64,000 bases of DNA from Trueperaceae bacterium (GCA_965213705.1 OZ243913.1:1408001-1472000); one strand, 5' to 3'. Shown: positions 30,077 to 40,216, numbered from the stretch's first letter. Program-made: numbers and translations. Notes: generated by a model from the sequence alone, not told the origin.

Positions 30077-30327
30077 AGTTTTAGACTAACATGGTGGATT
30101 GAGAACAAAGCAGAACCTCAACATTCGTTGACAGCCTGAATATTAAGGCTCGTAACCCGCAACCTACATCTTGTCCAAAGATTGTCAAGCAAAACGTTGT
30201 GTTTTTGATGTTGACTAGAGGGTGGTCGGCGTGCGGCAAATGCGCATCTCTACTCCTTTTTACATTTTCGGCAGGACAATTCTGTGTCCTTTGTAGTTTT
30301 CACCTTTGCGGCGTTTAGTTGTGCGAC

Positions 30328-30900
30328 CTAATCGTACATGCCTGGAGGAGCAACTACATCCTCTTCCTCAACAAAAACGTATTTCCCTGCCTCTAAATCG
30401 GTAACAACCTTTGTAAGGAACTCACTCCAACTAGAGGCAAGTACCTGTTCAGGACCCACCTCATGGGAATGGCTAAAAATTTGGCCTACATCCCCTCCAC
30501 TGGCTGGTTGAAGGTCGAGCATGAGGTGGTCGCCTGAATTATCGGTGAGCGGTAAACGAAAACTGTCCCAAAAAACGGGTCTGATATGTTTGTCAATAGA
30601 ATCTTCAACCTTCCAGTCAGCAGTTGCGTACTCACCGCTACGTTGCCAGTCTTTATACATGGCCCATTGGCGTAGCACCCCATCTAATGTCAGTAACTCA
30701 CCGTACCACAGCAAACCACAGTCACCACCATTGTGAAGTAGTAAAGATTCTCGGAAGTCATCAGGCAAAGACAAACCTATCTCGCGTTGAAATGCTTCAA
30801 TTTCTTCTTCAGTTGCTCCGGCATTTAAGGACAACATATTAGGATAGGTGTTTTCTTTGTACCACGCAACAATTCTTTGCCAAGATTCTAAAACACTCAT
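30328..30900 (-). CDS. SMI1/KNR4 (SUKH) family protein in an AT-rich islet
   Basis: LNAGATEEEI...LSLPDDFRESLLLHNG, D.SGDHLMLDL.P, G.VGQI; AAGGAG RBS. Confidence 0.88.
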   Translation of the reverse strand: MSVLESWQRIVAWYKENTYPNMLSLNAGATEEEIEAFQREIGLSLPDDFRESLLLHNGGDCGLLWYGELLTLDGVLRQWAMYKDWQRSGEYATADWKVEDSIDKHIRPVFWDSFRLPLTDNSGDHLMLDLQPASGGDVGQIFSHSHEVGPEQVLASSWSEFLTKVVTDLEAGKYVFVEEEDVVAPPGMYD

Positions 30901-31048
30901 AGTCTGTATATCACTCCTTCACAATCAAGTACGCCAAACTGTCCGTTTGAACATAATAGTCATAGCACCGAAAGATTGCATCTTCACCACATCCTAGACA
31001 ATATCCGGGTTTATGTTAGGCGTCCCCCAAAATCTTGGGCGTTTGTTT

Positions 31049-32143
31049 TCAAAACGGCAGGTCTTGCTTGTCCAACCGTCCGAGTTCGCCGGTCGACTTG
31101 CCCTGGCGCAGGATGTTGATAAACAAGTTGACCAACTCCGGGTCGAGTTCGTGGCCGCTCCTGAGCGTGAGGGCTTGCTCGACCTCGCGCGGGGAGAGTG
31201 CCTGGCCGCGTTCGCTGGACAACAGGTCGAAGGTGTCCGCGACCGCGACGATGCGGCCCAAAATGGGAATCTCTTCTTTGTACAGGCCGTCGGGAAAGCC
31301 CGAGCCGTCCCAGTTTTCGTGGTGCGAGCGGATGCCGGCGGTGGCGGCCATGAGGAGCGGCGAGGAGGCGACTAAGTTCGCGCCGCGCTGCGGGTGCTGA
31401 CTGTCCTCTGTGCTCAAGTCGAGCCCGGAGCCCAGCTTGCCGACGTCGTGAAGCATGGCGGCGTAGTAAAGGTCGGCCAAGCGCTCTTTGTCGAAGCCGA
31501 GCGCGCGGCCGACCGCGAGCGCGTAGGCGGTGACCCGGCTGGCGTGACCGAGTTGGGTGAAGTCTCTGGCCTCGGTGGCCTCGACAAAGGCGCGGGTAAA
31601 CTCGACTAAGCTGCGGCGGGCACGCACCCTGTCCAAGTACTGACCCTGCACCTCGCCTAGTACCGTGCTCCAGCGTTTGGCCGTCTTCAACTCCTCATCG
31701 GAAAAGGCGGGCGTCTTGTGACGGTGCAAAAAGAGAGTGCCGTACGGTTGGCCGTTGCCTGAGACGGGCACCATGATGGTGGACTTGACGTCGCGCAGGC
31801 CCAAGTCGCCGAGCAGGGCGCGAATCTCTTGGGGGTTCGGGGTAAACAGTTCGGGAACCAAGTTGGAGATGATGCGCGTTCGTGAGTCGCGCCACGGCCC
31901 GTTGCTGAGTTTTAGCTCGAGCAGCTCGCCCCCATAGCCTTCGACCGCGTCGAAGCGGACCTGCTCGCCCTCTTCGCGCCGCACCACGTAACCGCGCACG
32001 TCGCCGGGCAGCAGCGTGGTAAGTTGGCGCAACACGAACAAACTGCGCTCGCCGAAGGTCGGCAGTCTGAGCAACTTGTCGACGGCCGCCAAGGGGTCGG
32101 GCGTCCCAGAGGTCTCACTGCCTGTAAAAAAGCGCTTCAGCAT
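31049..32143 (-). CDS. HD-GYP domain protein with N-terminal GAF-like region
   Basis: GHASRV, LHDVGK, HHENWDGSGFPDGL, RIVAVADTFD. Confidence 0.88.
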   Translation of the reverse strand: MLKRFFTGSETSGTPDPLAAVDKLLRLPTFGERSLFVLRQLTTLLPGDVRGYVVRREEGEQVRFDAVEGYGGELLELKLSNGPWRDSRTRIISNLVPELFTPNPQEIRALLGDLGLRDVKSTIMVPVSGNGQPYGTLFLHRHKTPAFSDEELKTAKRWSTVLGEVQGQYLDRVRARRSLVEFTRAFVEATEARDFTQLGHASRVTAYALAVGRALGFDKERLADLYYAAMLHDVGKLGSGLDLSTEDSQHPQRGANLVASSPLLMAATAGIRSHHENWDGSGFPDGLYKEEIPILGRIVAVADTFDLLSSERGQALSPREVEQALTLRSGHELDPELVNLFINILRQGKSTGELGRLDKQDLPF

Positions 32144-32158
32144 ACCCGCCTCGACATA

Positions 32159-32210
32159 GTGTCTCCCAAAACCTGGTGTCTTCCCAAAACCTGGTGTCTC
32201 CCAAAACCTG
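32159..32210. repeat. 3 x 17-18-bp tandem repeat in the HD-GYP leader
   Basis: gtgtctcccaaaacctg / gtgtcttcccaaaacctg / gtgtctcccaaaacctg. Confidence 0.9.
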
Positions 32211-32453
32211 TCTCGAGAGGCCGACCCGCGCGGGTCGGCCCCGGACGCACCTTACAAACTTCACTTTACTGTCAGGACGTGGGACGCGGCTTTACGAAAC
32301 CTAACACCTGCTTTGGCCCGACAACCTCACGTCTTTCGAGGTTTGCTACCAACACCAAACCTCGACCGGGCTGAGCGGGAGCGGATGTTTACCGAAGTGA
32401 ACAAGGTGGCTTGGGTCAGTGTGCCGCTTCTCTCGAGCGGGCATGATGACGCC

Positions 32454-33947
32454 ATGCCGCGTTTGCTGTGGATTGCCGCTCTTTTGGGTCTGGTGAGTTG
32501 TCTGCCTATCCCGACGGTGAGGCTGGACGTGGAGCTGCCCCCCGTCACCTACCGCTCGTCCCCCTCAACGGTGCCGACCGACTACGTCACAGTGCCGGGT
32601 TTCGACGAAGCCCACACGCCGGACGCGCTCGACCGGAGTTACTACCTCCGCTATTACCACGCCGGAGACACGCCCGACACTGTTTTAATTCTTGTTCCCG
32701 GAATTTTCGGCGGCGCGACGAGCATGGACGAACTGGCCCGGCAACTCGTCGCCAGCACGCCGGACTTGGAAGTGTGGGGAGTTGACCGCCGCGCCAACGC
32801 GCTCGAGGACAGGAGCGCGTTTTTGAGAAGCTTGCAGAAACGCGACCCGAGCGCCGCCTACCGCTACTACGTCGAAAACGAGGGCAAACCGGGCGGCTTC
32901 GTGCCCGTCCCGCCCAAAGACCTGAGTTTTATGGGCTACTGGGGTCTGGACGTCCACCTGCGCGACCTGCACGCGGTCGTGTTGCAGGCGCGGCGGCGCG
33001 CCCCGCGGGTCGTTTTGGGCGGCCACTCGCTCGGCGCGAGCCTTGTCGGGCTCTACGCGGCCTACAACTTCGGTACGCCTAGAAACCCCGACCCCGGTGA
33101 CGACCACGTGGACGGACTGCTGCTCATCGACGGCGCGCTCGGCCGGACGGGCGGTTTCGGAATCGACCCAACCCTGACGACGGTGCTGGGCATTTTGCCG
33201 GACGTGCAGGGGCTCGAGACGGGTACGGACGCGCCTTACCTCGGCCTCGGTTTGGGTCCGACGTTTCAGGCGCAGCGGGAAGTTTTGGCGCTGCTGGCGC
33301 GCTTTGCGCCCAACAGGTTGGCCCCCGACGCCTTTGTGGAGTTTCCGGCCACGAACCGGGCCGCCTTTGGAATTCTCGAGACCGACCGCTACGGCCCGGT
33401 CACGGTATTCACCAGTTCCTTGGGCGAAGCGGTCGGCGCGACGTTCGGCGGCAACCTGACCGCGTTCGTGCTGGGCGGCGCGGACAGCGCCACGAGTCGC
33501 ACGGTGACGGGCGTGGCGAACGGCTTCCACCAAGTCGATTGGGCGCGCGGCGACCCCGCCACGGCGCGCACCGACATCGACGCCCTGACGCGGGGTTGGT
33601 CGACGCCCCAAACCAACCGCAGCGAATGGTACTTTCCGCTGCGCTTGGCCGTCGACGTGGGCGAGGCGGGTTTGCGCTTGGATGACGACCCGGGGTTCGT
33701 CCCCAACGCTTCTGTCACCACCCCGACGCTCGCCGTCGGCGCGGGGCGCGGGCTCGTCAAAGACCTCTCCGGTTTCGAGGCCTACAACAACGTGCGGCCG
33801 GGCTCGCTGTTCTCCACGTACATTCTCCCCGGCCTGACGCACTTAGACATCGTCGAGGCCGAAGACAACCCGCTCGTGTCGTTGTTCAAACTGTGGACGG
33901 TGCAGCTCGAGCGGGTTGGAGGAAAGGTTGAACGAGTAGGGGAATAA
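32454..33947 (+). CDS. alpha/beta-hydrolase fold lipoprotein
   Basis: Lipobox LVSC, VPG oxyanion region, GHSLG nucleophile elbow, C-terminal HLD. Confidence 0.82.
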   Translation: MPRLLWIAALLGLVSCLPIPTVRLDVELPPVTYRSSPSTVPTDYVTVPGFDEAHTPDALDRSYYLRYYHAGDTPDTVLILVPGIFGGATSMDELARQLVASTPDLEVWGVDRRANALEDRSAFLRSLQKRDPSAAYRYYVENEGKPGGFVPVPPKDLSFMGYWGLDVHLRDLHAVVLQARRRAPRVVLGGHSLGASLVGLYAAYNFGTPRNPDPGDDHVDGLLLIDGALGRTGGFGIDPTLTTVLGILPDVQGLETGTDAPYLGLGLGPTFQAQREVLALLARFAPNRLAPDAFVEFPATNRAAFGILETDRYGPVTVFTSSLGEAVGATFGGNLTAFVLGGADSATSRTVTGVANGFHQVDWARGDPATARTDIDALTRGWSTPQTNRSEWYFPLRLAVDVGEAGLRLDDDPGFVPNASVTTPTLAVGAGRGLVKDLSGFEAYNNVRPGSLFSTYILPGLTHLDIVEAEDNPLVSLFKLWTVQLERVGGKVERVGE

Positions 33948-34102
33948 CACCCTTTTCGGTTCATGACCTCAGTTAACCCGAGCGGAACGAGAAAAACTGT
34001 TGCGGGTTTCGATAAGGAGCCGAAAAACCCCTTTAAGTTTGGTAGGCGTATTACCGGAGCCCGTACAAAACAAAAGGCTCTTACTCCCTACCTCCAACAC
34101 CC

Positions 34103-35647
34103 CTACTTTTTCTCCTTCAGCAACTGCTCTCTGAGGACGTGCTTCTGCACCTTACCGAGCGCGTTGCGGGGCAGCGCGGCGACGAAGTAGACCTCTTTGG
34201 GCTTTTTGAAACCGGCGATGCGCGTTTTTACGTGCTCGAGCAACTTGGCCTCGCTCACCTCACCGACGACCGCCGCCACGACTTTTTCGCCCAGGTCGGG
34301 GTCGGGCAGGCCCAGCACGGCGACCTCGCGCACGCCCACGACCTCGGCCAAAACCTCTTCGACCTCGCGCGGGTAGACGTTGAAACCGCCCGAGATGACG
34401 AGTTCCTTGGCGCGGCCGTTCAGGGTGTAGTAGCCGTCCACGTCCACGAAGCCCAAGTCGCCCGTCTTGAACCAGCCGTCCCCCGTCCAGGCTTCCGCCG
34501 TCGCGTCGGGGCGGTTCCAGTAGCCCTTCATGAGGTTAGGGCCGCGGATTTGGATTTCGCCGCTTTCACCCGTCGCCAAAACCTCGCCCGTTTGGGGGTC
34601 GGCGACACGCGCTTCTATTCCCTCGAACGGAAAGCCGACCGAGCCCGCGCGCCGCTCGCCGTCGTAGGGGTTGCCCATGTTCATCACGGTTTCGGTCATG
34701 CCATAGCGCTCGAGAATCCGCAAGCCAAAAACTTCTTCTACCTCCGCGTGGGTTTGTGGACTTAGGGGAGCCGAGCCCGAGACGAGGAGGCGCAAGCCGT
34801 CGGGTTTCTCATTGCGAGTTCTGGCAACCTCCAGCAGCCGCGTGTACATCGTCGGCACGCCGAAAAACATCGTCACGTCGCCCTGCAGCATCGTGTTGAA
34901 CACGTCCGCCGCGTCGAACTTGCGCCGCAGCGTCAGCGCCGAACCCTGAACGAGCGTGCCGTGAAAACCGACGCCCAGCCCGTGCATGTGAAAGAGCGGC
35001 AGCACCAGCAAGAGGTGGTCGTCGGGCGTCCACGCCCAAGCTTTCGTCAGTGCGACGCTGTTGCTCACAAAGTTGCCGTGCGTGAGCACTGTGCCCTTGC
35101 TGCGCCCGGTAGTGCCGGAGGTGTAGCCGATGACGGCGAGGTCGTCCCGCGTGAGGGACACGGGCTCCGAACGCGGCTCGCCGCCGGCGAGGTCCGCCCA
35201 GGTTGCGCGGTCGGATTCGAGACTTTCCCCAAGCGTCACGACGGCCTCCACGGCAGGCGTGTCTTCTCTGACTTTCTCGACTTCCGCAAGCCCCGCCGCG
35301 TCGGTGATGACGAGTCGGGCGCTCGAGTCGGTGAGTATGTGCCGCAGTTCCGTAAAGCGGTAGCGCGTATTCACCGGCACCACCACGCCGCCGAGCCACT
35401 GCACGCCCAGGTAAGCGGTGATAAAACTCGGCGAGTTTTCCAGATAAAGCGCCACGCGGTCACCTTTGGTGAGACCGTAAGCGGCCAGCGCGCCCGCGAC
35501 AAAACTCACCTGCTCGTGGACTTGCGCGTAGCTGAACGTTTCGCCCTCGAAGTGCAGCAGCGGCTTGTCGGGCGTGGCCTGGACAGTTCTCAAAAAGGCG
35601 TCGGGGAGGGAAGCTATCTCGGTTCGGGTCGTGTCAGTCTGGGTCAT
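34103..35647 (-). CDS. matB: acyl-CoA synthetase, probable malonyl-CoA synthetase
   Basis: YTSGTTGRSKG, ERYGMTET, LPRNALGKVQK; adjacent to malonyl-CoA decarboxylase. Confidence 0.85.
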   Translation of the reverse strand: MTQTDTTRTEIASLPDAFLRTVQATPDKPLLHFEGETFSYAQVHEQVSFVAGALAAYGLTKGDRVALYLENSPSFITAYLGVQWLGGVVVPVNTRYRFTELRHILTDSSARLVITDAAGLAEVEKVREDTPAVEAVVTLGESLESDRATWADLAGGEPRSEPVSLTRDDLAVIGYTSGTTGRSKGTVLTHGNFVSNSVALTKAWAWTPDDHLLLVLPLFHMHGLGVGFHGTLVQGSALTLRRKFDAADVFNTMLQGDVTMFFGVPTMYTRLLEVARTRNEKPDGLRLLVSGSAPLSPQTHAEVEEVFGLRILERYGMTETVMNMGNPYDGERRAGSVGFPFEGIEARVADPQTGEVLATGESGEIQIRGPNLMKGYWNRPDATAEAWTGDGWFKTGDLGFVDVDGYYTLNGRAKELVISGGFNVYPREVEEVLAEVVGVREVAVLGLPDPDLGEKVVAAVVGEVSEAKLLEHVKTRIAGFKKPKEVYFVAALPRNALGKVQKHVLREQLLKEKK

Positions 35648-35658
35648 AGCGTCACCTG

Positions 35659-37116
35659 TCACAGGGTTTGGGGAAGGGCAGGAACGGGTGGCTCGAGGCT
35701 TTTTTCCCGGTTGCCCGCGTAGCGCCGCAGCGAGGCCGAGGCGGCGACGGTGCCGTCCTGGAAAAACTGTTCGTGGTAGCGTTCCAACTTGCCGGGTTCG
35801 TAAAGGTAGTTGACCATCAGCCCGTAGGACTCCTGCAAGCCGTTCGGCGCGGTGTTGCCCAACCAGTCGAGCCCTTCGACGCGCGCCCCGTTGGTGACGT
35901 GAAAGCGGGCTACCGGGTCCAGCGGCCGCCCGCGCGCGTCCCGCGCCCTGACGAGGTAGTAAGCGCACAGCCCGAGAAAGGGTTTCTGAAGCGCGCTCAC
36001 GCTTTCGAGTCGCCCTGTCCAGTCGTCACGCAGCAGCGCGTCCACCTTGGCTGTCGCAGCGTCGCTCGTCGAGGCGTCCTCCAAACCCTCTTTGTCCACC
36101 GCGCGCGTCAACGCCGCCCATTCCGCCTCGCTGAACAGGGCCGCGCCCTTTTCTTCCCAATGTTCCAGCAGCCAACGCCGGAAACCCGGAATCGGCGACA
36201 GCGTGACGAAGCGCTTTAAGTTCGGCAAACCTTGGGCCAAGTCCTCCATCACCCGCTTGAGCAAAAAACTCCCGAAGCTGATGCCGCGCAAACCGCGCTG
36301 GGTGTTCGAAATCGAGTAAAACACCGCCGTGTCCGCGTCTTCGGGCGTCAGCACCGGGGCGGACTCGTCGAGCAGCTTCTGGACGCTGCCGGGGATGCCG
36401 TGGGTCAGCGCGACCTCGACGAAAATCAGCGGCACGCCCGGCATCTTGGGGTGAAAAAAGGCGTAGCAGCGTCTATCGGCCTCGAGTCGGTTTTTGAGGT
36501 CTTGCCAGGAGCGGATTTCGTGAACCGCCTCGAAGGTGACGAGTTTTTCGAGCAGCGCCGCGGGCGAGTTCCAGCTTATCGCCTCGAAAGTGAGCAGCCC
36601 GACGTCGAACCAGGCTTCGAACAGGCTTTGCAGGTCGGCGTCGAGGGCTGCCAAACCGGGGTCCTCTTTCAAAAACCCGCGCAGGTCGGCCCGCAAGTCG
36701 ACCAAAAAAGTAAAGCCGTCCGGCAGCGCGTTGAAGCGCTTCAAAAGGGTCACCCTGGGCGGCTGCGTCGCCTCTTGCAGCGCGACATAATTTTGCAGCG
36801 TCGGCTCGGCGAGGTACGCTTCCGCGGCGTCGGCCAGCGTTTCGGGGTTCAGGTCGAAACCGTGGGCGAGCAGGCTCAGGAACCGCCGCTTGTCCGCGGC
36901 GTTCAAACTCAGGTACAGGTAGCCGAGTTCGGCGGCCCGCGTTCTGGCCGTCGTCTCGCCGCCCAGGCCGGTCAGGCAAGCCTGCATGAGCGCGAGCACG
37001 TCGTCCTCGACAAGACCGGGGGTGTCCCTGGCAGCGCGGTTGAACGGCAGAAACTCGCGCCAACCGTTCAGGCGCTGCCAGGCGCTGCCGAAAAACCCTG
37101 AGCGGTCCGCGTCCAT
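35659..37116 (-). CDS. matA: malonyl-CoA decarboxylase
   Basis: EAVHEI.SW.DLKNRL, FYSISNTQ.GL.GISFG, TLSPIPGF, DPVARFH..NGA, GLMVNYLY. Confidence 0.93.
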   Translation of the reverse strand: MDADRSGFFGSAWQRLNGWREFLPFNRAARDTPGLVEDDVLALMQACLTGLGGETTARTRAAELGYLYLSLNAADKRRFLSLLAHGFDLNPETLADAAEAYLAEPTLQNYVALQEATQPPRVTLLKRFNALPDGFTFLVDLRADLRGFLKEDPGLAALDADLQSLFEAWFDVGLLTFEAISWNSPAALLEKLVTFEAVHEIRSWQDLKNRLEADRRCYAFFHPKMPGVPLIFVEVALTHGIPGSVQKLLDESAPVLTPEDADTAVFYSISNTQRGLRGISFGSFLLKRVMEDLAQGLPNLKRFVTLSPIPGFRRWLLEHWEEKGAALFSEAEWAALTRAVDKEGLEDASTSDAATAKVDALLRDDWTGRLESVSALQKPFLGLCAYYLVRARDARGRPLDPVARFHVTNGARVEGLDWLGNTAPNGLQESYGLMVNYLYEPGKLERYHEQFFQDGTVAASASLRRYAGNREKSLEPPVPALPQTL

Positions 37117-37368
37117 CAGCTCATGCCCCGCGCACGGTTCGGCAACGGGCGCAAGCCGAGCCCGAGCAGCCTGTTAAACTACTTGTCAATCGGTTGTTCG
37201 TCGCAAGCCTCCCGGTGTTGGACTCGGCTCTTTAGACACCGCCGTCAAGTCCAGGCTAGGGTAGTCGGAGAGGTTTGTCAACGCGGCGTTCGACGTTTGC
37301 AGGAGGTTTGGGTGGTGGGTATCGGGGTGAGTTCGCTGTCTCAGGATGCTACTCGAGTGCAAGCTGGC

Positions 37369-38490
37369 GTGCCACAGAACCGGCCCGTTTGGGAAGAGGG
37401 TGCGGGTCTGAGCTTGCCGAGGCTCGAGACCGACCTGCACGCCGACGTGTGCGTGGTCGGTCTGGGCGGCTCGGGGCTGGCTTGCGTGCTCGAGCTGCTA
37501 AACCTCGGTCAGAGTGTTGTCGGAATAGACGCCCGCACCATCGCCAGTGGCGCAGCCGGGCGCAACGGCGGCTTTTTGCTGGCGGGACTGTCAGCGTTTT
37601 ATCACGACGCGGCGCGCGGGCTCGGGCGTGAGCGGGCCAAAGCGCTTTACCACCTCACGCTCGCTGAACTCGAGCGCATGTCTGCAGCAACACCCGACGC
37701 GGTTCGCCGCCCCGGTTCGCTGCGGATTGCTGTTTCGGCAGAAGAGGTGGAAGACTGCGAACGGCAGTTCAAAGCCATGCGCGCCGACTCCCTACCCATC
37801 GAACGTTACGAGGGTGTGGAGGGCCGGGGTTTGCTCTTTCCCGGCGACGGCGTGTTCAACCCCCTGGAGCGTTGCCGAACATTGGCGAAAAAAGCCCTCG
37901 CTGAGGGCGCACAACTTTTCGAGAACTCAGCCGCTGTTTCGATTTCCGGGGGCGAGGTTGTCACGCCTCGAGCCCGCATCCGCTGCAAAAACGTCGTCGT
38001 CGCGGTGGACGGACTCCTCGAGCGAATACTGCCCGAACTCGTCGGCAGGGTGCGCACCGCTCGGCTGCAAATGCTCGCCACCGCGCCCACGAACGAGGTT
38101 TCTTTGCCCCGTCCGGTCTACGCCCGTTACGGCTACGAATACTGGCAACAACTTCCCGACGGGCGCATTGCCTTGGGCGGTTTTCGAGACGAGGCCGGGG
38201 AGGGCGAGTGGACACACGACAACGAGCCGGGTGACGAAGTGCAAACACGCCTCACCGCTTTTCTCCGCGACCGTTTAGGCGTGACCGCGCCCGTTACAAA
38301 ACGCTGGGCGGCGTCGGTGGGTTATACCGAAAGTATCCTGCCCTACTTCGGCGAGGTGAGGCCGGATGTCTGGGCGGTCGGCGGTTACAACGGCACGGGC
38401 AACGTCGTTGGGGCGCTCTGCGGTCGGGGCGCGGCGCAGCGCGCGGCGGGGGAAAGCTCACCGATAGCCGACCTTTTCCAAACGCGCTAG
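37369..38490 (+). CDS. FAD-dependent oxidoreductase (DadA/PuuB-like); start codon uncertain
   Basis: DVCVVGLGGSG, GAAGRNGG, GGYNGTG. Confidence 0.85.
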   Translation: MPQNRPVWEEGAGLSLPRLETDLHADVCVVGLGGSGLACVLELLNLGQSVVGIDARTIASGAAGRNGGFLLAGLSAFYHDAARGLGRERAKALYHLTLAELERMSAATPDAVRRPGSLRIAVSAEEVEDCERQFKAMRADSLPIERYEGVEGRGLLFPGDGVFNPLERCRTLAKKALAEGAQLFENSAAVSISGGEVVTPRARIRCKNVVVAVDGLLERILPELVGRVRTARLQMLATAPTNEVSLPRPVYARYGYEYWQQLPDGRIALGGFRDEAGEGEWTHDNEPGDEVQTRLTAFLRDRLGVTAPVTKRWAASVGYTESILPYFGEVRPDVWAVGGYNGTGNVVGALCGRGAAQRAAGESSPIADLFQTR

Positions 38491-38498
38491 AATCCGCT

Positions 38499-39398
38499 AT
38501 GGACAAATCTACAGACCTGGACCGCGACCAACTCCAACGAGACATCACCGACCTATACGTCCGCGAGCACAAGGCGCTGGGTGAAGCGGGGACGCTCTCC
38601 CACTTAGAGCGGGGCAAGGAGCTGTCCCAAAAGTTCGACCTCCCCAAAACCCTGCGCGAGGGCGGCGTCCTGGTCTTTCCCCACGTCGGCGTAGCTGACT
38701 GCGGCTACCAGGTCGCGGCTTGCGTCCACGCCGCCCTCGACAGCGGCGCGGACAAGGTCTTGTTCATCAGCGTGCTTCACGCCTTTACCGAGGCGATGGA
38801 ACAAGCCCGGCGCGGCGTCGCCGTGGGTGAGCCGCCGAGCAACTACGAGTTTTGGGGCGTCCAAGGCCCCGGTTTGGAAGGTCGTAAGGAGTGGTTGGGC
38901 GACCACGCGCCGATGAGCTGGCGCTACTTCTGGGAGGCCGAGACCAAGCGGCGCGGCCTGGACAACCCGCCCGAGGTGCTCGAGCGTTTCCCCTACCTAG
39001 CGGGCGGCAAACCCGAAGACTTACCCGGCATCGAAGAACTCCAAGAAATCGCCAAAGACGCCGTCATCGTCTCGACCGCCGACGCCTTTCACCACGGCGT
39101 CGGCTACGGCGACGCGCCCGAAGACTCGTTCGACCACGACGCCGCGGGGCTCGCCAAGGCTAAAAGAGTTTTGGAGGAGGGCATTGCTATCCTCGAGGAA
39201 GCCGACTATTCGGGCTACAACCAGCACTGCGTCCGGGCTAAGAGCGACGCTCGAGACGCTGGGCAAGTGTTCCGCTACCTGCGCGGTCCCATGAAGGGCC
39301 GCGTCATCGACCTGACTTATAGCGACGCGGGCGAGCTTTATAAGTCGCCCGAGCCGACTTGGGTGGCGTCGGCGCTGTTCGAGTGGAAGAAAATGTAA
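38499..39398 (+). CDS. hypothetical protein, possibly Memo/LigB-like fold
   Basis: Host-like codon usage, TAGAAT -10 box before the ATG; PHVG..DCG and STAD.FHHG resemble Memo motifs. Confidence 0.7.
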   Translation: MDKSTDLDRDQLQRDITDLYVREHKALGEAGTLSHLERGKELSQKFDLPKTLREGGVLVFPHVGVADCGYQVAACVHAALDSGADKVLFISVLHAFTEAMEQARRGVAVGEPPSNYEFWGVQGPGLEGRKEWLGDHAPMSWRYFWEAETKRRGLDNPPEVLERFPYLAGGKPEDLPGIEELQEIAKDAVIVSTADAFHHGVGYGDAPEDSFDHDAAGLAKAKRVLEEGIAILEEADYSGYNQHCVRAKSDARDAGQVFRYLRGPMKGRVIDLTYSDAGELYKSPEPTWVASALFEWKKM

Positions 39399-39419
39399 GT
39401 TGTTTAGGAGAAAGGTTGC

Positions 39420-39620
39420 GTGATGATAAAGGTCGGCAGTCGTGTTGTACATGATAACGGTCAAAATTCTTTTGGTCACGGCACAGTCCTTCATATCAAC
39501 GAAAAGTTGGACACTGTGCTCGTCAAGTGGGACACGCATGAAGTAACGCGTCAGACAGCAGACTTGGGAACAGACACCTCGCATGTCAGGTTGAGTAGTT
39601 TGAGCCTTGAGCCGATTTGA
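39420..39620 (+). CDS. small hypothetical protein (SH3/Tudor-like pattern)
   Basis: AGGAG RBS; KVGSRVVH...FGHGTV...VLVKWD; AT-rich. Confidence 0.6.
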   Translation: MMIKVGSRVVHDNGQNSFGHGTVLHINEKLDTVLVKWDTHEVTRQTADLGTDTSHVRLSSLSLEPI

Positions 39621-40153
39621 TGGAGCCCTTGTCTAAGTTGGACGAGACAGTTCTTCCGGCTTTAGAAAATCTGTTTACCTACGTTCAGCGTAGTGGTTGG
39701 CATGGGCGTGAGAATGAGGCGGTGAGCCTATTTGCGTTTTCCCATCTTCTTCCTCTTACCGCACCCGACAAGGTTCTTTATGACCCAGGTCAAATAGCGA
39801 TTGAATGCGCCGTTCTTCAAGTTGACACAGTTTCGCCGAGAAAGAGTGGACGCCACAAAAAGGATGTACGCAAAGACCTCATCCTTTGGCCTAAACCTCA
39901 TCAGACCTACTGGTTTCCCGAAAACAGCTTGCCTCCTCTGGCCGTTATGGAGTGGAAAGTGTTTCGCAGCTCTCCTCGTTCAAGGAAAAAGGATATGGCG
40001 GTCAGCGAGAAAGATGTCGAATGGCTGAAACTCTATTCAAAATACTCGGAGCAAACAGCCTGTTACGCGGTGTCGTTATATCTCGGTGCTCAAACAGGTC
40101 TGTTGTGCTGTAAAGTTCAGAACGGAGATGTTGAAGAACTTTTGCGGCTGTAA
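39617..40153 (+). CDS. hypothetical protein, possible PD-(D/E)XK-like fold
   Basis: Overlaps the upstream stop codon; RKDLILW...AVMEWK; AT-rich. Confidence 0.65.
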   Translation: MMEPLSKLDETVLPALENLFTYVQRSGWHGRENEAVSLFAFSHLLPLTAPDKVLYDPGQIAIECAVLQVDTVSPRKSGRHKKDVRKDLILWPKPHQTYWFPENSLPPLAVMEWKVFRSSPRSRKKDMAVSEKDVEWLKLYSKYSEQTACYAVSLYLGAQTGLLCCKVQNGDVEELLRL

Positions 40154-40216
40154 CGTCTTGAAAAATTGCTTTTTAAGGCCGGAATTGATAGCCGTCACCT
40201 CTGCTATAGTTGGCCT

